Positions 31,298 through 41,523 of a stretch of 64,000 nt of DNA are shown here, piece by piece. The stretch spans positions 197,695 to 261,694 of the forward strand of contig VRVR01000019.1 in assembly GCA_009859145.1 (NCBI GenBank), given 5' to 3'. The notes under the pieces are model-generated. The model was not told the DNA's origin, ran no database searches, and worked only from the letters and a program-made list of their open reading frames with translations. The stretch is from Andalucia godoyi And28 (Eukaryota > Protista > Jakobida). The first letter of the stretch is position 1, and every line of letters begins with the position of its first letter. Position numbers and translations under genes: made by a program.

Positions 31298-34200
31298 ATG
31301 CAGATTAAATACTTGAAGACTGCGCTGCCGCCATCGGATCGCATATCAAGAATCACGTCTGTCGCATGGTCTCCAAACAACAGACGTCTTGCAGTTTCGG
31401 ATGCAAATCGGCTGATACAGCTGTTTGATGAGACTGGTGAAAAGAAAGACAAGTTCGGCACGAAGCCTGCGGAGGCGAATGGCCCAAAATCGTACTCGGT
31501 ACAGGGAATGGCCTTCTCTCCCGATTCCACGAAGCTCGCGATTGCACAGTCTGATAACATTGTGTTCGTGTACAAATTAGGTGTCGAGTGGAACGACAAG
31601 AAGAGCATTTGCAACAAGTTTCTGAATTCTAATCCAGTCTGCAATGTGTGCTGGCCTATGGAGCACCCCAATGAGCTTGTGTACACAACTGCAGATGGAA
31701 AGATCAAGGTCGGTTCTCTTCGAAACAACAAGGCTGCAACTCTGTTTGCCGCAGAGTCGTATCCGTTGGGCTTGTGCAACGGGTTGGATGGACATTCTGT
31801 GCTCTCTTCACACATGGATGGTTCCATTCACAAGTTTATCTTCGACGATCCGCCCATTCATGCCAAGTTCTGCCATCACCCATGTCCGCCAACGTGCGTC
31901 GCCTGGGGACGATCCGTGTGCGTGGCGGGTCCTGATTGTCGTGTTGTATTTTACGATCCTGATTCTGGTGCAGTTGAACAGACATTCGACTTTTCGGACT
32001 CGGATCCTGCTATGGAGGAGCCGACGGCAATTGCAGTTAACCCATCAGGCACTGCCTTTGCGGTGTGCTCCATGAACCGGATTCGGTCCTTTGCATATGC
32101 CCAAGATCGTGGCCAGTGGGTAGTAATGGCCGACAAGATTGTGGAAAACATGTTCACAGCCACTGCTGCGTCGTGGAAATGCGATGGTTCTCGTCTGGCA
32201 GTCGCGAACATCACCGGCTGCGTCGATCTGTTTGATACATATGTCCGCCGATATCGGTACAAGTCGAAGTTCGAATTTACGTACGTGTCGTCCTCACAGA
32301 TTATTGTCAAGAGGCTGTCCACCGGCGCGCGGATCGTTCTGAAGTCTCATTTCGGATACGAGATTTACAAGGTGAACATCTACAGAGATCTCTACCTTGT
32401 GGCGCATACTCCAACGACGCTGCTTATGGGAGATCTAGCGTCTTGCAAGCTCAGTGAAATACCGTGGAACGGTTCTGGCAATGAGCGGTTCTACTTTGAC
32501 AATCCCGCTGTTTGTATGATATACAATGCCGGTGAATTAACAATCATCGAATACGGGAGAAACGAGATTCTGGGATCGGTTCGAACGGACTACATGAGCC
32601 CGCACTTGATTTCCGTCCAAATTGCGACTGCGAATGGAACTGCTGCGGATGCACCGACTGCAGCCAGTGAAGAGAATATGGCGGAGTCTCCAAACGGCGA
32701 ACCTGTGGATCCCTACGTAGTCAAACGAATCGCGTACCTGATTGACCGCTCTACCGTGCGCATTCTTGATCTTGCTTCTGGGTTTTCACAAGCAACGTTT
32801 GCCCACGACTGCAAGGTGGATTGGCTGGAAATGAATCCTTCTGGAACGAAACTGATGTTCCGTGACAAGCGCAGAGCGTTGCATTTGTTTGACGTCGCGA
32901 AACAGACGCGTACGACTCTTCTGCATTACTGCGGATATGTACAATGGGTACCGAATGCGGATGTGGTCGTCGCACAAAATCGAGGTGATTTGTGTGTCTG
33001 GTACGACATAGACGCCCCCGATCGTGTTACGGTGGTTGGTATCAAGGGCGACGTTGTTGATATTTCCCGGGTGGACGGAACGACGGAGGTCACGGTGGAC
33101 GAGGGTCTGTCGACGGTTTCCTATGCTCTCGATGAAACGCTGATTGAATTCGGTGCAGCCATGCGGAGTGGCAACCACGACCTCGCAGCAGACATATTGT
33201 CAGCCCAGCCGTTCTCTCCGGAAATTGAAGCAATGTGGCAGAAATTGGCTGCTGCATCAGTTCAAGCTGGCCACTTGCTTGTTGCGGAACGTTGCTATGC
33301 GGCACTTGGGGATGCTGCGAAATCTCGCTACCTCCGCAAGGTGAATAATCTCGCATTCGAGGCGGCTTCTCAGTTTGATATTGACGGCTGGAGTTATTTT
33401 GGAGTGCAGGCCAAGATGGCCTTGTTGGAGAATGACCTAGATCGAGCGGAGCGCATCTATTTAGACCATGGACAACCTCAGGACGCAATGGAAATGATGG
33501 ACTCCATGCATCGCTTTGAACAGGCCATTGCAATTGCAGAACGCCAGCCTCAGTTAGAGAGGGAGGCGCAAGAAAGGAAGCAGAAATACCTGGAATGGCT
33601 GTCGGAAACCGGCCAAGAAGACCGTGCTGCGGAGATGAAAGAAAGAGAAGGCAAGTATCTGCAAGCGATCTCGCTGTACCTCAAGGCCGGCCTTGCCACG
33701 CGGGCTGCCACGCTTTTGATTCAGAGAAACCTTGCTCCGTCGAATCCGGACTTGGTGGAAAAGGTCGCGGGGGAGCTTTCGCGTGCTGGTTTGTTCGACC
33801 GTGCCGGAGAACTGTTTGAGGCGCTTGGCGCATATGAGCGTGCCTTGGAGTGCTATACGACGGGCATGAACTTCCGCCGTGCTGTTGAGTTGGCTCGTCG
33901 AGAATTTGCTCCCCGCGTGGTCCAGTTGGAGCAGGAATGGGGCGATTTCCTTTACGTTAGCTGCCGTCAACCGGATCAGGCAATTGGGCATTATATCGAG
34001 GCTGGAAAGCATGTGAAGGCACTCGAAGCCGCTCTTGCTGCTAGGCAAATATCCCGAGCCGTTTCGATTCTACAAGCGCTTGCCCAACATGATGATGACG
34101 ATGTGCTGCGGCGATATGCTGTTCAGGTCGCAAGCCATTTTGAAGCAACACGAAACTACAAGGAGGCGGAGCGATTCTATGTTCGTGGGCTGCGAGCTGA

Positions 34201-36673
34201 TCTTGCTGTTAACATGTACACGCGTGCAAACATGCTCGACCAGGCATATCGCGTTGCCGAGCAGCATTTGGACGAAGAGGCCGCCTCACAATTGTATGTT
34301 TCACAAGCGCAGCAACTCGAGCGAGAGCAACGATGGAAAGATGCAGAGCGTGTGTATCTCAAGATGGGCGAGCCTGACCTTGCGATCAACATGTTCAAGA
34401 AGGCTCGCCGATGGGACGACATGCTGCGCCTGGTCGCCAGTCATCGTCGCGAACTATTGGTGGACACACACATCCATCTTGCTCAGCAGCTGGAATCCGA
34501 GGGTCAACTGCTCGAGGCAGAACACATGTACTGTGCGCAAGCCATTGCTGCTCGTGAATGGAAGTCTGCTGTTCATATGTATCGGCGGGCTGGTCGATGG
34601 GAAGATGCATACCGTGTTGCGAAGCAGCATGGAGGTCAGCAAGGTGCACACCAAGTGGCATTCGCTTGGGCGGTTGCTCTGGGACCCGATCAAGGCGGTT
34701 CTCTTCTTCTGAAGTTGGGGCTTGTGTCCGAAGCAATTGATTCCGCAATGGAAACAGGTTCGTGGGACCAAGCATTCGAGCTGGCGCATCGGCATGCCCG
34801 GGATCGCGTGCCGGAGGTCCATGAGCGACGTGCAATGTCTCTTGAAGATGCAGGCCGGTTTGCGGAGGCTGAATCCGAGTTCCTTGCTGCAAACAAGCCT
34901 CGCGAAGCAGTGGATATGTATGTGCATCTCCAGGATTGGACTGCTGCATTACGCATAGCCGAAGGAAATGCTCCTGAGGCAGTCGCAGACGTGTTGACGG
35001 CGCAGGCGCGTGTGTGCATTGAGCGCTCTGACTACCCGAGGGCCGAGCAATTGTTGTTGCGAGCCAAGCGTCCCGAGAACGCTGTGAAAATGTATCTTGA
35101 TATCGGTCTGACGCAGGACGCACAACGAGTTGCTCGGGAGTATGCTCCCCATCTCCTGCAGTCAATTCCCCAGCCGTCACAAGCACCGCAACAGCCGCCG
35201 AAGACTGCATCCCTGTCGCGTACTGGCTCGCAGCCTGGTGGCTTGTCGGCCATTCATCAACAGGTTGCGAATGCAACAAAGACTGGGCGTCAATACGAAG
35301 ATCGTGGAGAGTTTTCGCGTGCGATTGACGCGTATTTATCTGTTGCTGCCTCTGGTGGTCGGGTAGCACCTGAGGATGCCGATGCACTGGACCAGCTGTG
35401 GGAGAACGCTGTCCGATTGTCCATGAGCAGCGTGCCAATTAGAAGCCACGAAGTTTCCATGCAGGTGGCTAGTCGCCTTGTTTCCATTGGACGACCTGAG
35501 TCAGCAGCGATCTTGTATGAAAATGTTGACATGTTCGAAGAAGCTGCTTCGGCATATGAAGAGGCTGGAAGATATGAGGATGCAAACCGACTGCGTTCAT
35601 CGTCCAGAAGCAGTCCGGCCGCCGCTTCCCAGCCAGCACCGGTTCCGCGAGCTGCTCCTGCCGTCATCAATTCCAACACGAGCAACTTGGATACGTATGC
35701 CCGTCGTGGTCAATGGGATGAATGCTTGAAGCTTGCCTCCCAACAGAATGATCGCATTTTGCTGTCCACATATGTTCTGCAGTATGTCGAGCATCTCCTC
35801 CGCGTAGAGAAGGATGAAGCGAAAGCTGTGCACGCTCTGGTCTCTCATGTGTGTCCGCCTGTGATCGACAATGAGGATACCCTGATGCACATTCTTGAAG
35901 ATGTTGTGAAGCCATCGCTGTTCTCGGGTCGCAAGTATTCCAGCTTGTCCAAGATTGATATTGCACAAGATGCCAAGGTTCTTCTGCATGCCCTTGATCG
36001 CGAGGCAAGCATGTCTCAGTCAGCCTCGGACTACGTTCGAAAGTGGGTTCGCATCACCCATCTGAACTTCACGGCTGTGAAATGCGAAGACTCCAGCCTG
36101 CCGGGCCTCGTTCAGTTGTCTGCGCGCTGCAGATCCTCGCTCCTTCGCTACGCACTGGACTTACCGGTCGACAAGGTCTTCTTTGACGCGGGTGTGGCCT
36201 GCAAGAAAGCAGGGCTGTTCAACTCGGCATTCGTGTTTTTGAACCGCTATCTGGATTTGTCAGAAGCCATCGACGAGCCAGACGAGAGCCCGTATCTTGA
36301 AAATTCGGAATTCGAAGGAAGCGACATTCCTTTCGACTTTGAAATCCCAGAAAAGCACTCCGTCGATGAGCACTCCCGTGAAGAAGCTCGATCGTGGGTG
36401 CTCACCGTCTCCCTCGACCCGAAGGTTTCGCAGGAACTTCCGAAGGAGTCTTGCCACCGATGTGGCAAAGATATTTGGATTGGAAATGTCAAGTGTTCGA
36501 GCTGCTCAACGAATTTCGAAGAATGCTCTGTTTCGGGCTTTCCCATTGTCCCCGGATCCCTTGTTTCCTGCTCTAGCTGCCACATTGATGCCACGCGCGA
36601 GGCATGGAACGAATGGGTTTCAACATTCAAAACGTGTCCGTATTGCACCTCTCCTCAGATGCCTTCGTATTAA
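31298..36673 (+). CDS. IFT172: Intraflagellar transport protein 172
   Basis: MQIKYLKT start, DKFGTKPA, KLGVEWNDKKSICNKF, WD40 then TPR-like repeats, AFVFLNRYLDL and C-terminal Zn fingers; no introns. Confidence 0.97.
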   Translation: MQIKYLKTALPPSDRISRITSVAWSPNNRRLAVSDANRLIQLFDETGEKKDKFGTKPAEANGPKSYSVQGMAFSPDSTKLAIAQSDNIVFVYKLGVEWNDKKSICNKFLNSNPVCNVCWPMEHPNELVYTTADGKIKVGSLRNNKAATLFAAESYPLGLCNGLDGHSVLSSHMDGSIHKFIFDDPPIHAKFCHHPCPPTCVAWGRSVCVAGPDCRVVFYDPDSGAVEQTFDFSDSDPAMEEPTAIAVNPSGTAFAVCSMNRIRSFAYAQDRGQWVVMADKIVENMFTATAASWKCDGSRLAVANITGCVDLFDTYVRRYRYKSKFEFTYVSSSQIIVKRLSTGARIVLKSHFGYEIYKVNIYRDLYLVAHTPTTLLMGDLASCKLSEIPWNGSGNERFYFDNPAVCMIYNAGELTIIEYGRNEILGSVRTDYMSPHLISVQIATANGTAADAPTAASEENMAESPNGEPVDPYVVKRIAYLIDRSTVRILDLASGFSQATFAHDCKVDWLEMNPSGTKLMFRDKRRALHLFDVAKQTRTTLLHYCGYVQWVPNADVVVAQNRGDLCVWYDIDAPDRVTVVGIKGDVVDISRVDGTTEVTVDEGLSTVSYALDETLIEFGAAMRSGNHDLAADILSAQPFSPEIEAMWQKLAAASVQAGHLLVAERCYAALGDAAKSRYLRKVNNLAFEAASQFDIDGWSYFGVQAKMALLENDLDRAERIYLDHGQPQDAMEMMDSMHRFEQAIAIAERQPQLEREAQERKQKYLEWLSETGQEDRAAEMKEREGKYLQAISLYLKAGLATRAATLLIQRNLAPSNPDLVEKVAGELSRAGLFDRAGELFEALGAYERALECYTTGMNFRRAVELARREFAPRVVQLEQEWGDFLYVSCRQPDQAIGHYIEAGKHVKALEAALAARQISRAVSILQALAQHDDDDVLRRYAVQVASHFEATRNYKEAERFYVRGLRADLAVNMYTRANMLDQAYRVAEQHLDEEAASQLYVSQAQQLEREQRWKDAERVYLKMGEPDLAINMFKKARRWDDMLRLVASHRRELLVDTHIHLAQQLESEGQLLEAEHMYCAQAIAAREWKSAVHMYRRAGRWEDAYRVAKQHGGQQGAHQVAFAWAVALGPDQGGSLLLKLGLVSEAIDSAMETGSWDQAFELAHRHARDRVPEVHERRAMSLEDAGRFAEAESEFLAANKPREAVDMYVHLQDWTAALRIAEGNAPEAVADVLTAQARVCIERSDYPRAEQLLLRAKRPENAVKMYLDIGLTQDAQRVAREYAPHLLQSIPQPSQAPQQPPKTASLSRTGSQPGGLSAIHQQVANATKTGRQYEDRGEFSRAIDAYLSVAASGGRVAPEDADALDQLWENAVRLSMSSVPIRSHEVSMQVASRLVSIGRPESAAILYENVDMFEEAASAYEEAGRYEDANRLRSSSRSSPAAASQPAPVPRAAPAVINSNTSNLDTYARRGQWDECLKLASQQNDRILLSTYVLQYVEHLLRVEKDEAKAVHALVSHVCPPVIDNEDTLMHILEDVVKPSLFSGRKYSSLSKIDIAQDAKVLLHALDREASMSQSASDYVRKWVRITHLNFTAVKCEDSSLPGLVQLSARCRSSLLRYALDLPVDKVFFDAGVACKKAGLFNSAFVFLNRYLDLSEAIDEPDESPYLENSEFEGSDIPFDFEIPEKHSVDEHSREEARSWVLTVSLDPKVSQELPKESCHRCGKDIWIGNVKCSSCSTNFEECSVSGFPIVPGSLVSCSSCHIDATREAWNEWVSTFKTCPYCTSPQMPSY

Positions 36674-37047
36674 CTTGCAAAAATAAATTAAATTGTACTC
36701 TTGTAAATTCTTGCTGACTGCGTTTAACGAGTCCCTTTGTCTTCCATTCAGAATCTCCGCTTTTTGGTAAAGACGGTCTGACTCGGAGAAGTTGATCTGA
36801 ATCCCAGCACGCTGCGCACGCTGTCCTGCAATTCCGGGGTGTGCGTGGATAAACTGCGTCGTAGCAAAGGCATCGTCAGATGGGTTTCGATGGACGCAGC
36901 TGGACAGGAACTCCGGTGTCACACAAACCCGCCGCCGTTTATTTTCTGTCTCTCGATCCTCGTTCTTCTTTCTCGTTCACCCTTTTTCTTCCCCTCCTCC
37001 GTCTGAAGTGAATTCACCGTTTGCCTGGCTTTGTTCTGATTTGTGAA

Positions 37048-38265
37048 ATGTCTGCACCGCCTGTTACGCGCACCGCAAGTTCCTCTTCCGGAGGAAATGT
37101 CAGTAGCCACGTGCTGAGCAACGCCTTCCTTGCTGAAATTGAGAACTATGACCAGTTTGAGACATATCTTACTGACTCTCTGAAGTCGAAATCTATCATT
37201 GTCATCGATTGTTTCCTTGCATGGGCGGGTCCGTGTCAGGCTGTTGTGCCTACGTTCAAAAGACTGATTTTGGACTGTGAAACTGCGGACAAACCCGTGC
37301 GCTGGCTGCGATGCGATGTCAACCGGATCCTGGCCTCTGTCGTCACGCAGCGGTCCCCGGCAATGATCAAGAAGCGTCACATGTCCTTTGAAGATCTTCA
37401 GACGCAACAGACAAATGTGGATGTCTTGAAGAAGTACTCCAAGTCATGCAAGCCCACGTTTTTGATGTACTTTGCGGGCAAGTTAAAACATGCTGTGGAA
37501 GGCGTGGACGTCATCAAATTTGAAAAGTGCTTCCGTCAGTTGCTGCAGGAACTTGCCAGTGTACAGGTCCCGAAGCCTCTGATTATTCAAAGCGAGGAAG
37601 GAGCGTCTGCCTCTGATGAAGCAGACCGTGAAAGTGAGTCCAAGGCTGCGAGTGCGAAGAACTCCAAGGAATCCTCTCCTCCTGCTGCGGCAGTCTCTGA
37701 TCAGAAGCGTTCTTCTTCTTCTTCTTCTACTGCAGGAGCAGGCGCAACATCGGCGCCAGCGCCGGCACCGGCACCGGCACCGGCTTCGGAACAGAAGAGG
37801 GCATCTGTTTCGACATCTGGTTCGCCCGCTCCGTCGTCGACGCAATCTTCTGCGGCGCCTGGATCTGATCAGAAGAGAACCTCGGTTTCATCTTCTACCG
37901 GAAACACTTCTGGAGCTGCGACACCTGCTGCTTCGAATCCAGAGGCGGCGGCGGCGGCGCCAGAGGATCCGAATGATCAGAGTACCAAGACACCTGCAGC
38001 GCGTGCCGACACCGCGTCTGCATCTTCCACAGGTGGTGCCGTTTCGTCAGCTCCTGCCCCAGTCGCTGCAGGGGATAGGAAGGACTCGGAAGAGACGACG
38101 CCAAAAAAGGCGGCACCGATCACAAAATCGGATCCAAACAATCAATCAAAGGCCCAGTTGCAGACTCAAAAGTCGGTGAAGAACATTAATGCGTCGCCGG
38201 ATCAGAAGAAGCCAGATTCTGCCAAAGCCACCCCCAACCCTTCAAGACCCACTTCTCCAGGTTAG
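37048..38265 (+). CDS. Thioredoxin-like domain protein (NME8/TXNDC or dynein thioredoxin-like), with a Ser/Ala/Pro-rich tail
   Basis: IVIDCFLAWAGPC and CKPTFLMYFAGKLKHAVEGVD. The active site is degenerate (AGPC rather than CGPC). Confidence 0.65.
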   Translation: MSAPPVTRTASSSSGGNVSSHVLSNAFLAEIENYDQFETYLTDSLKSKSIIVIDCFLAWAGPCQAVVPTFKRLILDCETADKPVRWLRCDVNRILASVVTQRSPAMIKKRHMSFEDLQTQQTNVDVLKKYSKSCKPTFLMYFAGKLKHAVEGVDVIKFEKCFRQLLQELASVQVPKPLIIQSEEGASASDEADRESESKAASAKNSKESSPPAAAVSDQKRSSSSSSTAGAGATSAPAPAPAPAPASEQKRASVSTSGSPAPSSTQSSAAPGSDQKRTSVSSSTGNTSGAATPAASNPEAAAAAPEDPNDQSTKTPAARADTASASSTGGAVSSAPAPVAAGDRKDSEETTPKKAAPITKSDPNNQSKAQLQTQKSVKNINASPDQKKPDSAKATPNPSRPTSPG

Positions 38266-38280
38266 CTACTGTGCCGCGTC

Positions 38281-39525
38281 CTAGTTTTCAGCAGTCTTAC
38301 CATTCTCTCCACCATTTGTTCCTTCAATATGTTGTTGTAAAGTGTTTTCTGTAACATTCTCTACTCTCAGACTGTTCTTTGCGTCTTCGTCATGGTGCGA
38401 TGAGCACTCTGGCTCCTGCTTCGAAACTGTTTTGTCCTGTTCCAATGCAGAAGTGCTGGAAACACGCAGCTCGCTGGCGGCTTGTTCCGGCGGAGCGGAA
38501 GTGTCGATGCGGCGACCATCGATCGGTTCCCGAGATGCGGACTTGGCCTGCTTGCGATTACTGAGAACAGCAGAAACTGCCTTCACAATATCGCGAATCA
38601 GCAGCGAGTTTTCAAAGACTGCGTCGGCCACCGGCTTAACAAGCGGCATCGGGTACAGATCATTCCAGAGCGCAGACAAGGATGATACAGCTTCCTTCCA
38701 CGGAAGACGACCTGCTGCGTGCACCATGAGCTGATACGTCGCGAGTCCGCAGTTGTCCGCGTACTCGGGCCATCTCTCGACTCGGGTCGTGATCCACGCG
38801 GAAACTGGTGCACACATCCTGTAGACGGCCTGTCTTTCCCGCTGTCCGTGCTCCCACAAAGAAGATGCTACGGAGATCACACAATCCTTCACCAAGATGC
38901 AGTCTGTCTCTACATCGCGTGCAGACCACATTCCATTTTGGATGCGTTTCTGCACATGAAGAGCGATGCTGCCGGAAATATGACAGGCGGACAGCAAGAA
39001 GCGCTCTCGATGCGCCCACCCGTACGACACGCCAGCTGTCAGCGCGTTGGACGCTTTCTGCGCCAGCAACTCCGGCTTCACCCATTCATCCTCAACCGAC
39101 TGAATGATCACATAAAACTTGCGGAAAACCGGAATTAAAAACATGCTAATGTATGCAGAATACCAGTATAGAAGGCGTCTGACGCTGTGTAGACGAGCCC
39201 AGACGTACACTGGAATTGTGTACATGGTGAATGACGAGAGGAGCATGCGGATCTCCTCGGTTTTGAACAACACGTAATTCTTGAGAAAGTGCAAGAAGAT
39301 CGTCCAGGTTCCCGAGTCTGCAGGAAGCCTGGACCAGCGAACCATCCTGTTGAAATACAGGGCTCTGAGCTTTGTGCACAGCTCTTTGACTTCCTCCTTG
39401 CCACCTTGATAGAACAAATACTTTCCAACACTCCAAACTACGGGAATGTACAAGCAACAATACAGAAAGCAGGCGAGATAGAAACCTCTCCATGCTGCAT
39501 CAACATCGAATTTATACCGTCGCAT
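38281..39525 (-). CDS. Hypothetical membrane-associated protein
   Basis: 414-aa ORF with an ATG start, hydrophobic N-terminal segments and a polar tail; no recognised family. Confidence 0.6.
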   Translation of the reverse strand: MRRYKFDVDAAWRGFYLACFLYCCLYIPVVWSVGKYLFYQGGKEEVKELCTKLRALYFNRMVRWSRLPADSGTWTIFLHFLKNYVLFKTEEIRMLLSSFTMYTIPVYVWARLHSVRRLLYWYSAYISMFLIPVFRKFYVIIQSVEDEWVKPELLAQKASNALTAGVSYGWAHRERFLLSACHISGSIALHVQKRIQNGMWSARDVETDCILVKDCVISVASSLWEHGQRERQAVYRMCAPVSAWITTRVERWPEYADNCGLATYQLMVHAAGRLPWKEAVSSLSALWNDLYPMPLVKPVADAVFENSLLIRDIVKAVSAVLSNRKQAKSASREPIDGRRIDTSAPPEQAASELRVSSTSALEQDKTVSKQEPECSSHHDEDAKNSLRVENVTENTLQQHIEGTNGGENGKTAEN

Positions 39526-39551
39526 GTTTCTCCTGTTGCCGTCGTTGATGT

Positions 39552-39665
39552 TCTTCTTCTTCTTCTTCTTCTTCTTCTTCTTCTTCTTCTGTTGCTGCTA
39601 CTACCAACACTACTACTACTACTACTACTACTACCACTACTACTACTACTACTACTACTGTTACT
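39552..39665. repeat. (TTC)n and (TAC)n microsatellites
   Basis: Tandem units seen directly. Confidence 0.9.
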
Positions 39666-40059
39666 GTTGCTATGATGATGATGACATAAGCACACAGCAA
39701 AGTGTCGAGTCTTCCATTCGAACGGGTTTTTTGAAGCCGTCTCTCTTCGGTTGGGCATCACAAAATGTCAACTCGCAACTTTCGTAGCGTTTGGGAGGCA
39801 GCCGTACGGCAGACGGCGAAGTCTGGTCGGGGGAATTTCCCGAAGTCTCTTGCGCTCGAAGTCATTTTGAAGGTGCGGATTTTTCGTTTGGTTCATGCAT
39901 TCCATCATTCATTCCTTTTCTTCCAACTGTGTTTTCGATCAAGGATCACGATCTGCTGCGTCCCAGTCCTCCCAGGCCCCGTTCCTCCCTTGTTCCCTTC
40001 TCGAAGAGGAGCAACAACAACAACAACAAGAAGAAGAAGAATAATAATAATAGGAGAAA

Positions 40060-41403
40060 ATGGAGAGAAAGTTGACTGCTGCAATGCCCCGGACTCAATC
40101 AGGGTTCTTTCTTGGCGAGCGTCTTGGGGAAGATCAGCTTGTTATTGCGCTAGTTGGGCTTCCTGCTCGAGGAAAGTCGTACATTTCTGCGAAAATAGCT
40201 CGTTATTTGAACTGGCTTGGAATTAAAGCAAAGGTCTTCAATGCCGGAGACACGAGAAGGGAACTCATTGGAGCGGGCCAGCCTGCAGAGTTCTTTGATC
40301 CCAACAATGAAAAGGGGATGAAGGCTCGCGAAGAAGTTGCAAGCATTACGCTCCAGCGTTTATTCCACTTTTTGGAAGAGGACGATGGCGTGGTTGGGAT
40401 CTTTGATGCGACGAATTCCACAATTGGAAGGCGGAAGTGGGTCACGGAAGAATGCTCAAAGCAGGGAGTCAAGGTGCTGTTCTTGGAGTCTATCTGCGAC
40501 AAGAAGGAGATCCTTGATCGCAATGTGCTGGCAACCAAAACCTCTGGAAATCCAGACTATCGACAGGTTCATGATGAAGCCCAGATCTTGGAGGACTTTT
40601 CCAAACGGGTGCATTTGTACGAATCGGTGTATCAGTCCGTGCAGTCGTCGGAAGGGACACCGATTATCCAGATCATCAACCAGGGAGAGGAAATGCGGTT
40701 ATTCAAAATCGACGGATGGGTTCCATCGCGTCTTACGTTCTTCTTGATGAATCTGCACATCGGACCCCGCCGAATCTGGCTTTGCAGACACGGGGAGTCG
40801 CAGTTCAATGCAGAGGGGCGTTTGGGAGGCGACCCAGGATTGACGGCTCGCGGAACCAAATTTGCTCATAAGCTCGATGAGTACATTACAAACCAGCTGC
40901 GCGAAATGTACGACGGCGATGAGCAAAAGATCCTTGAGAACCAGCCCCGAATCTGGGCGTCGACGCTGAAGAGAAGCAAGATGACAGCGCGGTTGTTGTC
41001 GCAAAAGTTCAAGATGGTGCAGTGGAAATGCCTGGATGAGATCAATGCCGGCGCATGCGATTCCATGACTCCAGAGGAAATCAAGCAAAAGATGCCGGAC
41101 GTTTCGTCGGAGCGAGAGAAGGACAAGTTCCAGTATCGCTATCCCGGCAACGGTGGGGAGTCGTATTTCGACTTGATCAATCGTGTGGAACCGGCATTGA
41201 TCGAACTCGAACGCAGTCATGATCACCTGGTGATCGTCGTGCACAACGCCATCGTTCGTGTTCTCTTCGCCTACTTCCAGGACCTCGACCCGAAGTCTGT
41301 GGTGTTCAACGACATTCCTTTGCATCGAGTGTACTGTTTCGACCCTCTTCCCCACGGAAAATTTCGAATGACGTATCACGATATCGACGTCGACAAGGCT
41401 TGA
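40060..41403 (+). CDS. PFKFB: 6-phosphofructo-2-kinase/fructose-2,6-bisphosphatase
   Basis: LVGLPARGKSY, FDATNST, LESIC, RHGES, LDEINAG and GGESYFDL. Confidence 0.95.
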   Translation: MERKLTAAMPRTQSGFFLGERLGEDQLVIALVGLPARGKSYISAKIARYLNWLGIKAKVFNAGDTRRELIGAGQPAEFFDPNNEKGMKAREEVASITLQRLFHFLEEDDGVVGIFDATNSTIGRRKWVTEECSKQGVKVLFLESICDKKEILDRNVLATKTSGNPDYRQVHDEAQILEDFSKRVHLYESVYQSVQSSEGTPIIQIINQGEEMRLFKIDGWVPSRLTFFLMNLHIGPRRIWLCRHGESQFNAEGRLGGDPGLTARGTKFAHKLDEYITNQLREMYDGDEQKILENQPRIWASTLKRSKMTARLLSQKFKMVQWKCLDEINAGACDSMTPEEIKQKMPDVSSEREKDKFQYRYPGNGGESYFDLINRVEPALIELERSHDHLVIVVHNAIVRVLFAYFQDLDPKSVVFNDIPLHRVYCFDPLPHGKFRMTYHDIDVDKA

Positions 41404-41523
41404 AAAAGCCCCTCTTCGCCTACCAGCCCCGTCTTGTATTTCTCCAGTGCAACATCCTTGTGCCATTCGTGTTAGTACATGGGTAAAAAATGTTTTGTCC
41501 ATTTATTGATCAGATGTCACATG

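Noticed and set aside
36620-36922. 100-aa minus-strand ORF between IFT172 and the thioredoxin-like gene
   Set aside because: It has no ATG, overlaps the IFT172 3' end and has no recognisable motif.
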